Translations under genes and position numbers: made by a program
NCBI GenBank assembly: GCA_964016885.1
Contig: OZ024755.1
Coordinates: 22,320,001 to 22,384,000, forward strand
Source: Eledone cirrhosa
Lineage: Eukaryota
Direction of reading: 5' to 3'
Length of the DNA: 64,000 bases
In this document: piece after piece, positions 52,778-64,000 of the stretch
Position numbering within the stretch: the stretch's first letter is position 1
How the letters are laid out: each line of letters starts with the position of its first letter
The notes under the pieces: model-generated
What the model saw: the letters and a program-made list of their open reading frames with translations, nothing else
Told to the model about the DNA's origin: nothing
Database searches by the model: none

Positions 52778-54492
52778 TATAAACCTTATAATCATAATAT
52801 CCTGAGATTTTGTGCACATTTTCAAGGTTTAAAACTTTAAAACCCACTGTAAGGTTTTCTTGGATTTGATAGGCTTCTCTCTGATTTGGGTAGATTTTGT
52901 TGTGAGGTGGGAGGTGGGGTGATTTTCCTTATGAGAAAAGTTAAGATAATTTAATCTTCCATTGTTAATATGAGAATGACTTTAAATATACTTGAGCTTC
53001 CACTTCCTGAAACTTTATATGAAAAACAAATTAATATTTGCTCTGAATTTTATCTTTGCATTTCTAAAGATTCTTTTAGACCTCTTGATATTCATTCTCA
53101 TGAAACAAGTTCCTTTAATCATTGATAAAAATTTCTTTCATTCTCTCTCTATGGAATTTTTTTTTTTTTTTTAATTTGGTGGAGGCATTGATAAACACTT
53201 TACACTAGAGAAAAAAAAAATTGATGGCATCTCTTTTTATATGGTAACAAGTTTGTGCATTTATAATAAAGGGATTTGGTGATAAAATCCTTCATTGAAT
53301 TCTGTACACACTATTAGATCGACTGTTTATTTTTCATATTTTTACTTTCTTTCATATTTCACATGAAAAAACAAAACAAAAAAAAACAACAGGTTGTGTA
53401 ATCTCCCCACCTTTTTTGCTAGTCTGTGAACTATTGAATTTTTCATGTTGCTAAAATGTCATGAGTAAGCTTGCTTTGAGAAGCCTAATCTTCTCAAACT
53501 TCTGATTATAACTAACAAGACTCAGTTTAGCATATGATCAAAGGCTATGGTTCCAGCTGTGACCATCCCATCTTCATTTCTTTTAGACATAATATAAATA
53601 GGATTACAATAAATGTCTTTCTTTTTTGAAGACTGAATGAATGTTATGTAAGAAAAATTGGCTGCTATTTTTAGCGACCTTGTAGAGGTTTTCTTCATTG
53701 ATTTATAGATGAAGGGTATATTTAGTATACTGTAAAGTAATATAGAGTTTAACAGAATAAGGTCTTTCACTGGAGAAAAACATATTATTTCCAATCTGAT
53801 TCATATTAAATCATGCTATCACTAAACTTCTCATTCTAAAAACTATTCATATGATTTGGATTAAACTAACAGGCCCATACTTTCCCTAAAGACATTTGTT
53901 GTGTAATAGGAGGGAAAAATCTCAAATTGAAAGATGATATCAGATTGAAGTTTGTGTTTACTGTGAACTTATCTCCATTCTCAGATGCTCATATTTTCTG
54001 TTTATCATCTTTTATTATCGCTTTTTATTCTTTTGTCATATAAGATCTAGTGGTAACTAGACACACATAAACATCATAAAGTACGTCTTAATTTGTCTAA
54101 TTAAAGTATTTATTCACAGAGAATGTTCTACAACTGATTAGCAATCAGTTGAGCGTATGTTGTCTATGTGAAATAAATATGAAAAAAATATGAATCTCAA
54201 ATATATCTGTATAAAGAAAATGTGTGTGACATTTGTAAACTCCATTGTGTTTAGTTTATATATATATATATATATACAGAGAGAGAGAGAACGCTGAAGA
54301 TAAAAGACCTGATCGCAATGCCTAATGTTTACAATTTGCCAAATATGAGCCAAACCATTAGGCTTCGCGATCTGGATTTTACCTTCTTCTACACCCACTC
54401 TGCATCTTCTCAAGTTTAGAGTACTCCCATGATTTCTGGTCTCCCCAGGCTCAGTACCACAGACTTTATAGTTATATATATATATATATATA

Positions 54493-54700
54493 TATGAAAA
54501 GATTCAGGACCCCGATGACTTAGCTCTGGAATTTCGACAGCTAGATCTGAATAGTTTGGATCTAGCTGTCGAAACAACCAGAGCTCAGCCATTGGGGTCC
54601 TGTATCTTTTCATATTACCCACTCGACTACCCCAAGTATCGAGTACTCTGGTGCGTTATGGTCCACCTGGTATCTTACCACACCCTCTTTGTTGTTTTAT
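54493..54700 (+). mobile_element. Repeat family C with an imperfect 5' palindrome (arms about 60 bp)
   Basis: 54493-54551 versus 54555-54614 inverted; flanked by (TA)n. Confidence 0.65.
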
Positions 54701-55049
54701 ATATATAGTGTATTTGAAAACTAAATACTTCTTTTTCAAACATCTAATTGAACTCCAATTAAGCACCTGATAATTCCAACCGCTTAAAAACCTGTGTCCG
54801 ATTCATCTGCCTGATTTCTTATTGAATGTTGGAATCTGTCTCTTTACAAGATAGGATATTGAATTGATTCTGACTGTTCTTTTCACTTTAGTTGCTTTCA
54901 CTGCTTACATGCATGACTTGCTATATGCTGCAATATTACATTTTCAATGAAAATGACACATTAATGCATTTGTTCTTCATCATTTACTTCTACAATTTCC
55001 AGATGAATATATTTTTATTATTGCAATTTTATTTTACTTTTTACTGTAT

Positions 55050-55320
55050 TTTCTTCTTCTTCTCCTTCTTCTTTTTCTTTTCTTCTTCTTCTTCTTCTTC
55101 TTCTTCTTCTTCTTCTTCTTCTTCTTCTTCTTCTTCTTCTTCTTTCTTCTTCTTCTTCTTCTTCTTCTTCTTCTTCTTCTTCTTCTTCTTCTTCTTTTTC
55201 TTCTTCTTCCTTTTCTTCTTTTTCTTCTTCTTTTTCTTCTTCTTTTTCTTCTTCTTCTTTTTCTTCTTCTTCTTCTTCTTCTTCTTCTTCTTCTTCTTCT
55301 TCTTCTTCTTCTTCTTCTTC
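55050..55320. repeat. (TTC)n / (GAA)n trinucleotide tract, about 90 units
   Basis: Direct reading; source of the poly-F/S ORF. Confidence 0.97.
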
Positions 55321-56015
55321 TATATTTTTTTAATATAATATCTTTTTATTTGATTATATTTCCTTAAGCTATTTCCTATGAAACTTGAAATAGTTTTATC
55401 AAATTTTTAAACATTTTTACCATTTGCAATTATTGGTTTCCAATGGATTATATATAAAGTTGTCTTCTGTCTGTGTAATTTGAATTAATCAAATCTGCAA
55501 ATTTTAAATCTAAATGTGCTTCAATTAAAACATCAGCAGTTGCTTTCCTTTTTTTTTTTTTTTTTTGAAGGATATGGGGGTGTTTTCTTTCATTTTGTTG
55601 TTGTTGTTGTTTTATTATTATGCATGCATCACTGCAACATTATGCAATTTTGACCCTATTGAAAAGAATATTTCTACTACGGAGAGCAAATATTTTCCTC
55701 ATTATGTAAGAATTATAACAAATACAGGCGTAACTGAAATAATATGCTGTTAAATGTAAATATTGAAAAATGAATAAAGATAGTAATGAATTATGATGAT
55801 AACAACAACAACAACAACAACAATAATAATAATATAAAAAGACAACTGATAGTTTCATGTTGTTTCACAGCTGGTTTTATTACATTGAATGGTTTCTTGT
55901 GACTAGTAACAAATATCGTAAATCTTCTAACACACTGATGCACAATATAAGTGCACCAAATTTCTCTGATAGTAAATAGAATGTAGATTAAAATGAAAAG
56001 ACTTTAAGTGATGTG

Positions 56016-56105
56016 TTTTATATTTCTGTTTTCTTGCAGGTGAGTATCAGAACTTGTCTTATTGAATTCCTTCATTCTTGAAAGTTAACAATGCCAATTG
56101 TAAGT
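56016..56105 (+). other. Candidate recursive splice site or 60-nt cryptic exon
   Basis: TTTCTGTTTTCTTGCAG|GTGAGT at 56039/56040, with a second donor GTAAGT at 56100. Confidence 0.35.
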
Positions 56106-56202
56106 AGAAGTAATGATTTCTTTGGTCTTAATGAATAATAAGAAAAGGGAAGAGATTCCTAATCTTGTGAGCAGTATGGAGATATTTGAAACTGCTTATA
56201 TA

Positions 56203-56480
56203 TCATCATCATCATCATCGTTTAACGTCTATCTTCTACGCTAGCATGGGTTTAGACGGGAATTGTCCCACTTGAGGCAAGATTGGTTGTCTTGCTTGTG
56301 TAGGACTGTCTGGCAGGTTTTCTACGCCTGGATTGGATGCTCTTCCTAACAGCAACCCCGTTTACAGTGTGGACTGGAAAGTTTTTACTGTGTTATCTAC
56401 ACGGCCACATTACAGCGCGGACTGTGTTTTTTTGTCGTGACACCTGCACAACCTCATTTATTTTGGACTGGATGTTGTGG
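56203..56480 (-). mobile_element. RTE-tailed short element
   Basis: (CAT)n, TTTAACGTCTATCTTCTACGCTAGCATGGG, GATGCTCTTCCTAACAGCAACC; homolog of 8845-9145. Confidence 0.7.
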
Positions 56481-56639
56481 TACCAACATTACTTTACGGA
56501 GAAAGGGTGGAGTTGGTGGGAGTGGGGAGGGGGTAGTGGGATGGGGTGTATATTTGGTGAAGAGGTACCTACTGACTGTAGGTTTTTCTTTGTACTTAGG
56601 CAAGGCAGGTCTTCTGTGTTACTGCGTTGACCGTACCGG

Positions 56640-57566
56640 TAACGGAAGGTGTCCACTATTTCTATAGAACCATCTGTGCAATAGAAGGAGCTAGTATCCT
56701 GTGGGCACTTGCTACTTATTACACCTGAGCATTGGCCACATATAACATCTATGTTCTTAGATAGTTTACCTGTGATCCCAATACATCTTCTATGTACCCA
56801 TTTGGGACATAAAATGGAATTTCTGCCTACTCCTTTCCTACACACTGAGCATGGCCATTTCCCAGAGGGTACCTCTACCCTATTTTCCTTTCTACATACT
56901 AGAACTTTAGTCTTAGACAAGTTTAAGCCCTTTTGATTCTAGGCCATGCTTCCATGTTTGGAATTTCTTCTCTAGTTCAGCCATCGATTCAGTTATGAAA
57001 GTTAGATCATCTGCATATAGAAGTTACCATGGGCAGCCGGTCTTGAACTCCTCTGTTATAGCCTGAAGGGCAATAATAAATAGGAGGGGTCTAAGGACAG
57101 AGCCTTGATGAACACCAACTTTTACGCTAAATTCTTCACTATATTCGTTGTTAATTCTAACCTTACTGACTGTTTCTTTATACATGGCTTGTTTAGCTCT
57201 CACAAGCCATTCATCAACACCTAGTTTTCTAAGAGCCCACCAGATAATGGAGCGGAGGACTCTGTCAAAGGCTTTCTCCAAGTCGACAAAATCTAAGTAT
57301 AGGGGTTTACTTTTAGCTAGGTACTTCTCCTGTAGTTGTCGCACAAGGAAAAGAGCGTCTGTGGTACTTTTACCTGACACAAACCCAAACTACATTTCAT
57401 CTAGATCAATTTTCTCTCTGATTAGTTGCGCTATAACTCTTTCTATGACCTTCATGACCTGGTCAACCAATTTAATGCCTCTATAGTTTCCCCTATCTAG
57501 GGCATCTCCTTTACTCTTGTAGCAGTTAATAATGATGTTGCTATGCCAGTCATTTGGTATGACCCT

Positions 57567-57570
<4 letters not shown>
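56640..57570 (-). pseudogene. RTE-clade LINE ORF2 internal fragment (RT plus PHD-like finger), disrupted
   Basis: STTDALFLVRQLQEKY, DFVDLEKAFDRV, VGVHQGSVL.PLLF, (stop)LLYADDL, KTKVL, CSVC...WVHRRC...CGQC, IEIVDTFRY. Confidence 0.93.
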
Positions 57571-57598
<28 letters not shown>

Positions 57599-58430
57599 CT
57601 GTATATATACATATATATATAGAGAGAGAAAGAGAGAAAAGGTGAAGTTGGGAATAGCATGGGAAATATATTTAAGGGTCTGTTTTTCTTATATATATAT
57701 ATATATATATATACTGTATATATATATATATATACTGTATATATATATATATACTGAATATATATACTGTATATATATATATATATACAGTATATACAGT
57801 ATTATTTCTGAAGACACCATATATATGTGTAGGTATGTATATTCCCTCTGATAGTTTGTAAAATTTTTACATAGATCTATATGATATACATACCAACATA
57901 TATATATCCTAGAAACGATCGTAAAATGATGAATTTCTTAATATAAGGAACTGTTTCTTTGTTTTTATTCATTGTTTTTATTAATTTATCTTGACTCTGT
58001 TTTCCTGTGATTTTCATCTAAAAATTTTTTGAATACATCTTTCCTTTCATGATATTTGGATTACATTGAGTTCTTCATACGGATTGGACACTACCGTATA
58101 TTTTGGTAGATTTATCTACATATATATATATACACAAAACAGGGGAGTACACAGAACAAAGTCCATGGTTGATATATGTAGATATATTGCATGTATACAC
58201 CCCCATATATACATACACACTCACAAAATCTGCAATGCCAAGACAAATTAGGGCAGTACTCTATGCATGGAATGAGCAGAGTGGGTATTAAGGAAGCTAT
58301 AAACTCAACTGCGACACCTGGCAATTTCGGCTTGGCTGCGGCAAGTCTTCTCAAGGGTTTTAAGACCTGCTGTATCCTAGCTGAAAGTTGTTGATCGAAG
58401 GTTTTTGATAATGTCAGTTTATTCTGTAGT

Positions 58431-58478
<48 letters not shown>

Positions 58479-58966
58479 CACACACACACACATACAGTGT
58501 TACACCATCTTCTTCTTTTTCCTTTTTTGTGAAGGTTGTTGGGGTAGAGTCCCTAAACACTCCTGTCTACTTATCTATTTATCTCGTTGTAGTGGTGATA
58601 ATTTCCTTACAATTTTCCTATTTGCTATATACATTAAAAAAGTAAATGTTAAATAATTGATTAGTGTTGTGAACATAGAATATGACTCATCAACAGAACA
58701 TGCAAACTGCTTGGTTAATGGAATGTTTGGAAAGTAACTGTCAATCAAAAATATTGGCTAGTCATCTGGTTCCTCTAGCCTCATGGCAAAAGACCACTAT
58801 GCTCTTCCATCTTTCTCTGTCTCTGGCAAGGGTTGGTGCTTGAAACCAGCCTGTGCCACATCTGCACAGGTCATCTATTAGGGTGGATCTAGTGTATAGA
58901 AATACAATGATGAGAGGAAAAAGATGTATTGTGTATGTTTGGTAAAAAAAAAAAAAAAAAAATAAT

Positions 58967-59146
58967 AATTGTTTCTACTTTTGGCACAAGGCCAGCAATT
59001 ACCCAGTCTATTACTGGTACTTTATTTTATCGACCCCGTAAGGATGAAAGGCAAAGTTAACTTCGGCGGGATTTGAACTCAGATCATAAAGGGACGTAAC
59101 TCTATGCTTCAAAGCATAGCGTCCGACTCTCTACTGATACTGCCAA
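58967..59146 (-). mobile_element. SINE family A
   Basis: Near-consensus body; AATAATAAT on both sides. Confidence 0.9.
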
Positions 59147-60877
59147 TAATAATAAAGCCACAAAACTGAGGTCCTTATTAAAAACCTAAGATGACTTGAA
59201 ATGAAATCACCATCATCATCATCATCATCATCACAATGTTCGCTTTCCCTGCTAGCAAGGACTAAGCCAGTACTGAAGTAGTCTACTGACCTCCCAGACA
59301 GGCCAATGCGTCTGTATCCTTCTTATGTACAGTCATATCAAGTGCGGAGGAGAAATGGCCATGTCTTTCTCCTCTGCACTCAATAATTAGATAAAATAGT
59401 TGAATGAAATTTCAAATCATTGTTCCTGACATATTAGATGCAACTACATTGAACCCCAATGGTGAGGATATCTGTGTGTGTGCATGTGTGTACATATACA
59501 CGCATGCACCAACATATAGCTTGCAAATATATTTTCTTACTATTGCAACCGGTAGATAGTATCAGCAATGGAAAGACCCATGAAACATTGTTTCCTTGAT
59601 TCGGTTTGAATATTTTCAAAATCTGTGTCGAAGTTTGGCAAGTGGATTTCTTGGTTGACTTCTATCCTTTCAAACTATTACCAGAACAAATTGCTTCATC
59701 ATCATCATCACCATTTAGCATCCATTTTTCCATGCTTGCATAGGTTAGATGGGTCATCCACATTGGGAGACAAGTCTGGCTAGAATTAACCAAACCATAC
59801 ATTGCTCCAACAAAGACTGTAAATCCTTCTTAACACCAACCACATTAAACTGAATATATATAATTTGTCTTCACATTTCGACAAAATCTTCTTCAAATCT
59901 GTTTCCATAAACTCTTAATATCCTGATGAATTCGTCAACTCTTTGACAAACTCGTTTTTCATTGGTGATTTTCTATTAACTCAAGCAGTGTTCTGTTAAT
60001 GCAACTATTTACTTCAACCCACTATTCTTTTCAATTTCACATTCTGATCTCTGTTAGCTTCAGCATCTCCCATCTGACTTTCTCAATTATTTCTTTTGCC
60101 AATAAGTGCAAGAAATATATCTGCCACTGAATAAGCAATTTCAATGTCCAGGTGGACAGAAGGTAAAAAGCATTACCCTGGGGGACAGTGTGAAAGATAT
60201 GTTTAGCAATACCAAATTATTTTTAAAAATTACATCACGTCTTCCCTTCCCATGGACAGCTCCCAAATTTCAAGTACCTCAATCACTTCATATATTAATA
60301 TGTTCCTTACCAGATTTCTAGAAAGACAATGCCTATGATATTTTTTTATTAATTTTGAAAATAACCAAGAATTTAAAGAGATTTAATAACATAACAATAT
60401 TTCTCATATTTAAGCTGGTATTTAGAGCATAATGTAACAAAAGTTCTTATGATGGAAAGTTTTCAGAGTAATATAAATTATGATGGAAAGTTTTCAGAGT
60501 AATATAAACACTTTAAAATAGACAATTTTGTATCTGAGAGCAAGGAGCAACGTCATATGGTTTAGCAAAAGGCTTAAGATCTCAATTTTATTTTCATCCG
60601 GGTTAAAAACACTTTTACATATTTATGTCTGGGGATTTAATATAATGGGAAAAAAAATTAATGCTTATTTTTAGATTTAAATAATAAAAATTGACATTCA
60701 AAATATTGTTTCTTTATGCTTTAGAATGTAAATATATTTGGTATTGTCATCATACTAGTGGAAATGTGAGCAATATTGGCACATATTGTAGGGTACTGAA
60801 CTAGACACTTTAGGATATATTGTTGGCTCACTCAACTTTTTGTATTTAAAATGTTGCCAATGTTTGACTTAGCTTCG

Positions 60878-62066
60878 TTCATCATCATACATCCGCTTTT
60901 CCCTGCTTGCAAGGGTTGGACGGGTCCTATTCAACACAGCATCTCTCCACTTGTCATGGTCCTTCATCATCTCCTCGGTGAGTTTCAGCGATCTGAGGTC
61001 TGCTCTCACCACCTCCGCCCATATTTTTTGTGGTCTACCTCTACTGCGTCTTCCTACTACTGGGATTTTTGGCACTTCTTTACCCAGCAGTCATCATCCA
61101 TGCGCATCACATGTCCATACCATCTCAGCCTTCTCTCCTGCACACCACAACTTATCCCTCTTGTACCCAGTTTCTTTCTCAACTCATCTATGCTTGGTCA
61201 TTCATGCACAATGACATTGCACATCCAGCGAAGCATACTTGCATCATTTCTCTCCAGCCGTTGCATATCCACTGCAGTTGCTGCCCATGTCTCACTACCA
61301 TGCAGCATCTCACACAGACATCATATAACCGTCCTTTCGTGCGCAGGGAGAAACCCTTCTTTGTCAACAGAGGAAGCAGCTCCCTAAACTTATTCCAACC
61401 CGTCCTTATTCTAGATACTATGGCCTAAGAACCTCCTCCCCCTCCCATGCTAATCTGATCATCTAGGTACCGGAAGCTATCAACCACTTCTATAGAACCC
61501 ACCTGCATTGGAAAAATGTGTCTATCACTGTGATTACTACTGCCAACTTTCCCTGTACATCTACTGCATACATATTTCTCCCTACCTGTTAGTTTGCCTG
61601 CTATCCCACTACATCTCTTGTGTACCCAAGATCTGCATTGCGTATATTTTATGGAATTTATGCCAGTTCCTTTCCTACATATCGAACATGGCCATTTCCC
61701 TGATGGAATCGGAGTATTGTTCTCTCTTCTACTTATCAAAACTTTTGTCTTAGCTATGTTCACTCTCCGTCCCCTTGATTCCAACTGCTGTTTCCATAGC
61801 CAGAATTTATTCTCTAGCTCCTCTACTGATTCTGCTATAAGAACCAGATCATCAGCATAGAGAAGTTCCCATGGACAGCCAGTCTTAAACTCCTCTGTTA
61901 TGGCTTGGAAGACTATAATGAACAAGAGCGGGCTGAGGACCGAACCCTGATGTACACCTACTTGTATCTGGAATTTCACACTAAACTCCATACATAGTCT
62001 CACTTTACTGACAGCACCCCTGTACATAGCTTGCACTGTCCTCACAAGCCATTCCTCTACACCTAG
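60878..62066 (-). mobile_element. 5'-truncated RTE LINE (about 1.2 kb) with intact 3' tail
   Basis: ORF 61425-62045 has GVHQGSVLSPLLF, LLYADDL, a PHD-like finger and EVVDSFRYL; the C-terminus reads GRRSRGRPQKIW..DHDKWR; (ATG)n tail. Confidence 0.95.
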
Positions 62067-62471
62067 TTCATATATAGATTATTTTTTTACCAAAAATATA
62101 CTGATTTTGATATGTTTTTTTTTTGGGGGGGGGGTTTACATAGTTGTTCAAGATACTATACAAACATGTAATGATACTTTTTGTACGAGAGCATGTATAA
62201 CTGCAGTAAATGTTCTATAGATGGATGAATATGTTTTATAATAACAGCCTCCTATCAATGCTATCATCTTTAAATGCAACTATCCAGCCATTTTTTAATC
62301 TTATCTATTCCTCCCACCTCACCTTGTCTGTGTGTGTGTGATTAATATATATATAATGATAATTTAGAATAGAGACAGAGAAGGAGAGCAATGAATGATA
62401 TACAAGGAGTGATGGGGAGGTGGCAGAGGTGTGGGATGGAGTCAGTGCATGTTAGAAGCTAGGTAACATAC

Positions 62472-62632
62472 CTACACCAAAGAAATATTTTGCAAACTAG
62501 ATACTTTACATTGAAAGAATTTGTTGTTTCTTCTTGGTTGTCTTTGAAGTGAGACTGGTTGAAGAGATAAATACAGCTGATACTTTCTTCCATCATCTTG
62601 TTTTCATATTGGACCTGTTGTTTACAATGTTC
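62472..62632 (-). other. Candidate 161-nt exon of an unidentified transcript
   Basis: Minus strand has acceptor ATTATTTCAGTGTTTCAG|GAA, an open frame of 53 codons (EHCKQQVQYENKMMEES...), and donor TAG|GTATGT. No recognisable domain. Confidence 0.25.
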
Positions 62633-63319
62633 CTGAAACACTGAAATAATTCATTTGCTATCAGAGGAAGGCTTCAGTTGTAGAATTGTTTCTATTATAG
62701 GAACAATATTCCATTCTTAGAAAGGAAACAACAAAAAAATTGATGAAGCAAAACTAAAACAAAAATACTGTTAAAAATAGAAAACATCGTTATTCATTGG
62801 ACAAGTTGATTTCTATGCTTGATGTTACTTTACTATGTTGTGAGAAATGTTACAATTTTCAATTATTCATAATTATGTGGCTAATTTTGGTGAAAGGTTT
62901 TAGGTTCAGTAGTTTTTCATTGTAGAAGTAATGATATATAAATGGTTCTTTCTTGTTTGGAGTGGTACATTTGATGAAACAAGGTTAAGTTCAGCTTTAT
63001 ATATATGTAATATCAATGAAATTTTTCCATTTTTTCACTCTCTGTCTTTTTCTGGAAAGAATCTGCTGTATTCAGACTTAGAGAGGAGATAGGCTCCACC
63101 AGGTTTTAAAAATGCCCAAGATATGCTGTATGTCAATATGGTGCCTCTAAAACTATCAGGAGTTACGGGTCCATACATACAATGTATATTCCATGTTACT
63201 TATATTTACAGCAAGGTTGAACTTGGTAATTATTGATTAACTACCATTGCCAGGAACAGATCTACATAACAAAATAACAGGATGTAAAGTACCAATTTAA
63301 AAATGCCCTAGAAACACCA

Positions 63320-63452
63320 TCTATGAGATTTTGATATTATTTATTTTGAGAATAATACCTTAACATAAGCATGAGTAGCCAGTTATAGCCGGTTTAAACA
63401 GAAAGAGGCAAGAGAATTCTGGCCAGATATGGGCGGTTTAAATGGTAAAGAG
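63320..63452 (-). mobile_element. piggyBac-like MITE, partial
   Basis: Reverse complement of the left half of 6341-6548; ends AAATGGTAAAGAG|TTAA. Confidence 0.75.
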
Positions 63453-64000
63453 TTAAACTAAACTGATTTTGATTTCTGAGAAAATGCAGAATGCCATTAT
63501 TCTTTGCTAAATCTTAAGGATTCAAGAATTAAAGCAGGATGGTAATCAATAAGATTCTATTTTAGCCATATCAAGATTTAGTGTAGTGTTGTTTTTTTTT
63601 AGCCAATGTATTTTTTAAATCAAATTCATTGACACAAATTTTGGCTTGGCATATCTCGTTTTTTTTTTAAATTATTTCTTTTTATCTATAATTGGAACAG
63701 TGCCTACACTTTCTAAGATATTACAAAAGATCAAAATGATTCAAACTGTTCTCTGACTTTGTTTTAAATTTCATTTACAAGCCTGCCTCTCTTTTAATAA
63801 ATTCTATTTATAATAAATTCTATTTATACTATAGGTGTGGCTGTGTGGTTAAGAAGTTTTCTTTACAGCTACTTGGTTTTGGGTTTTCTCCTGCTGTAGG
63901 ACACCTTGTACAAAAACAAAACAAAACAATACAATGAGAAAACCACCCAAACCATTGGTGCTCTTCAAATGAGGTCCTTTGTGATATATATTCTGCACCA

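Noticed and set aside
54892-55338. 148-aa poly-Phe/Ser ORF
   Set aside because: Translation of (TTC)n.
59860-60130. Purine-rich minus-strand stretch resembling decayed coding sequence
   Set aside because: Frames are interrupted by stops and I recognise no motif.

Overview
AT-rich, repeat-dense eukaryotic DNA, most likely intronic or intergenic. The SINE and RTE families resemble those I know from octopod cephalopods (Octopus-like); this is inferred from remembered sequence, not from a search. No intact host protein-coding gene, rRNA, true tRNA or CRISPR array is supported. Nearly all long ORFs are microsatellite artefacts or decayed LINE reverse transcriptase (RTE and CR1 clades). The window holds about 15 or more copies of one tRNA-derived SINE, other SINEs including RTE-tailed ones, TTAA-flanked piggyBac-like MITEs and several minisatellites. 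The strongest signal is a set of minimal type I hammerhead ribozyme motifs (stem I-CUGAUGA-stem II-GAAA-palindromic hexamer-UA-stem I') at 13230(+), 13403(-), 16198(+), 50082(-) and 50254(+). They sit in short direct- or inverted-repeat units typical of Penelope-like element pLTRs, including a perfect 155-bp-arm palindrome with one ribozyme per strand. The motifs share an unpaired C at position 4 of otherwise divergent stem II helices. Other notable items are a C4HC3 PHD-like finger inside the RT of two RTE copies, a candidate recursive splice site (CAG|GTGAGT) with a 60-nt cryptic exon at 56040, a satellite built from a SINE A-box head, and a 60-bp tandem array of hairpins. Coordinates were read by eye, so repeat boundaries are approximate.
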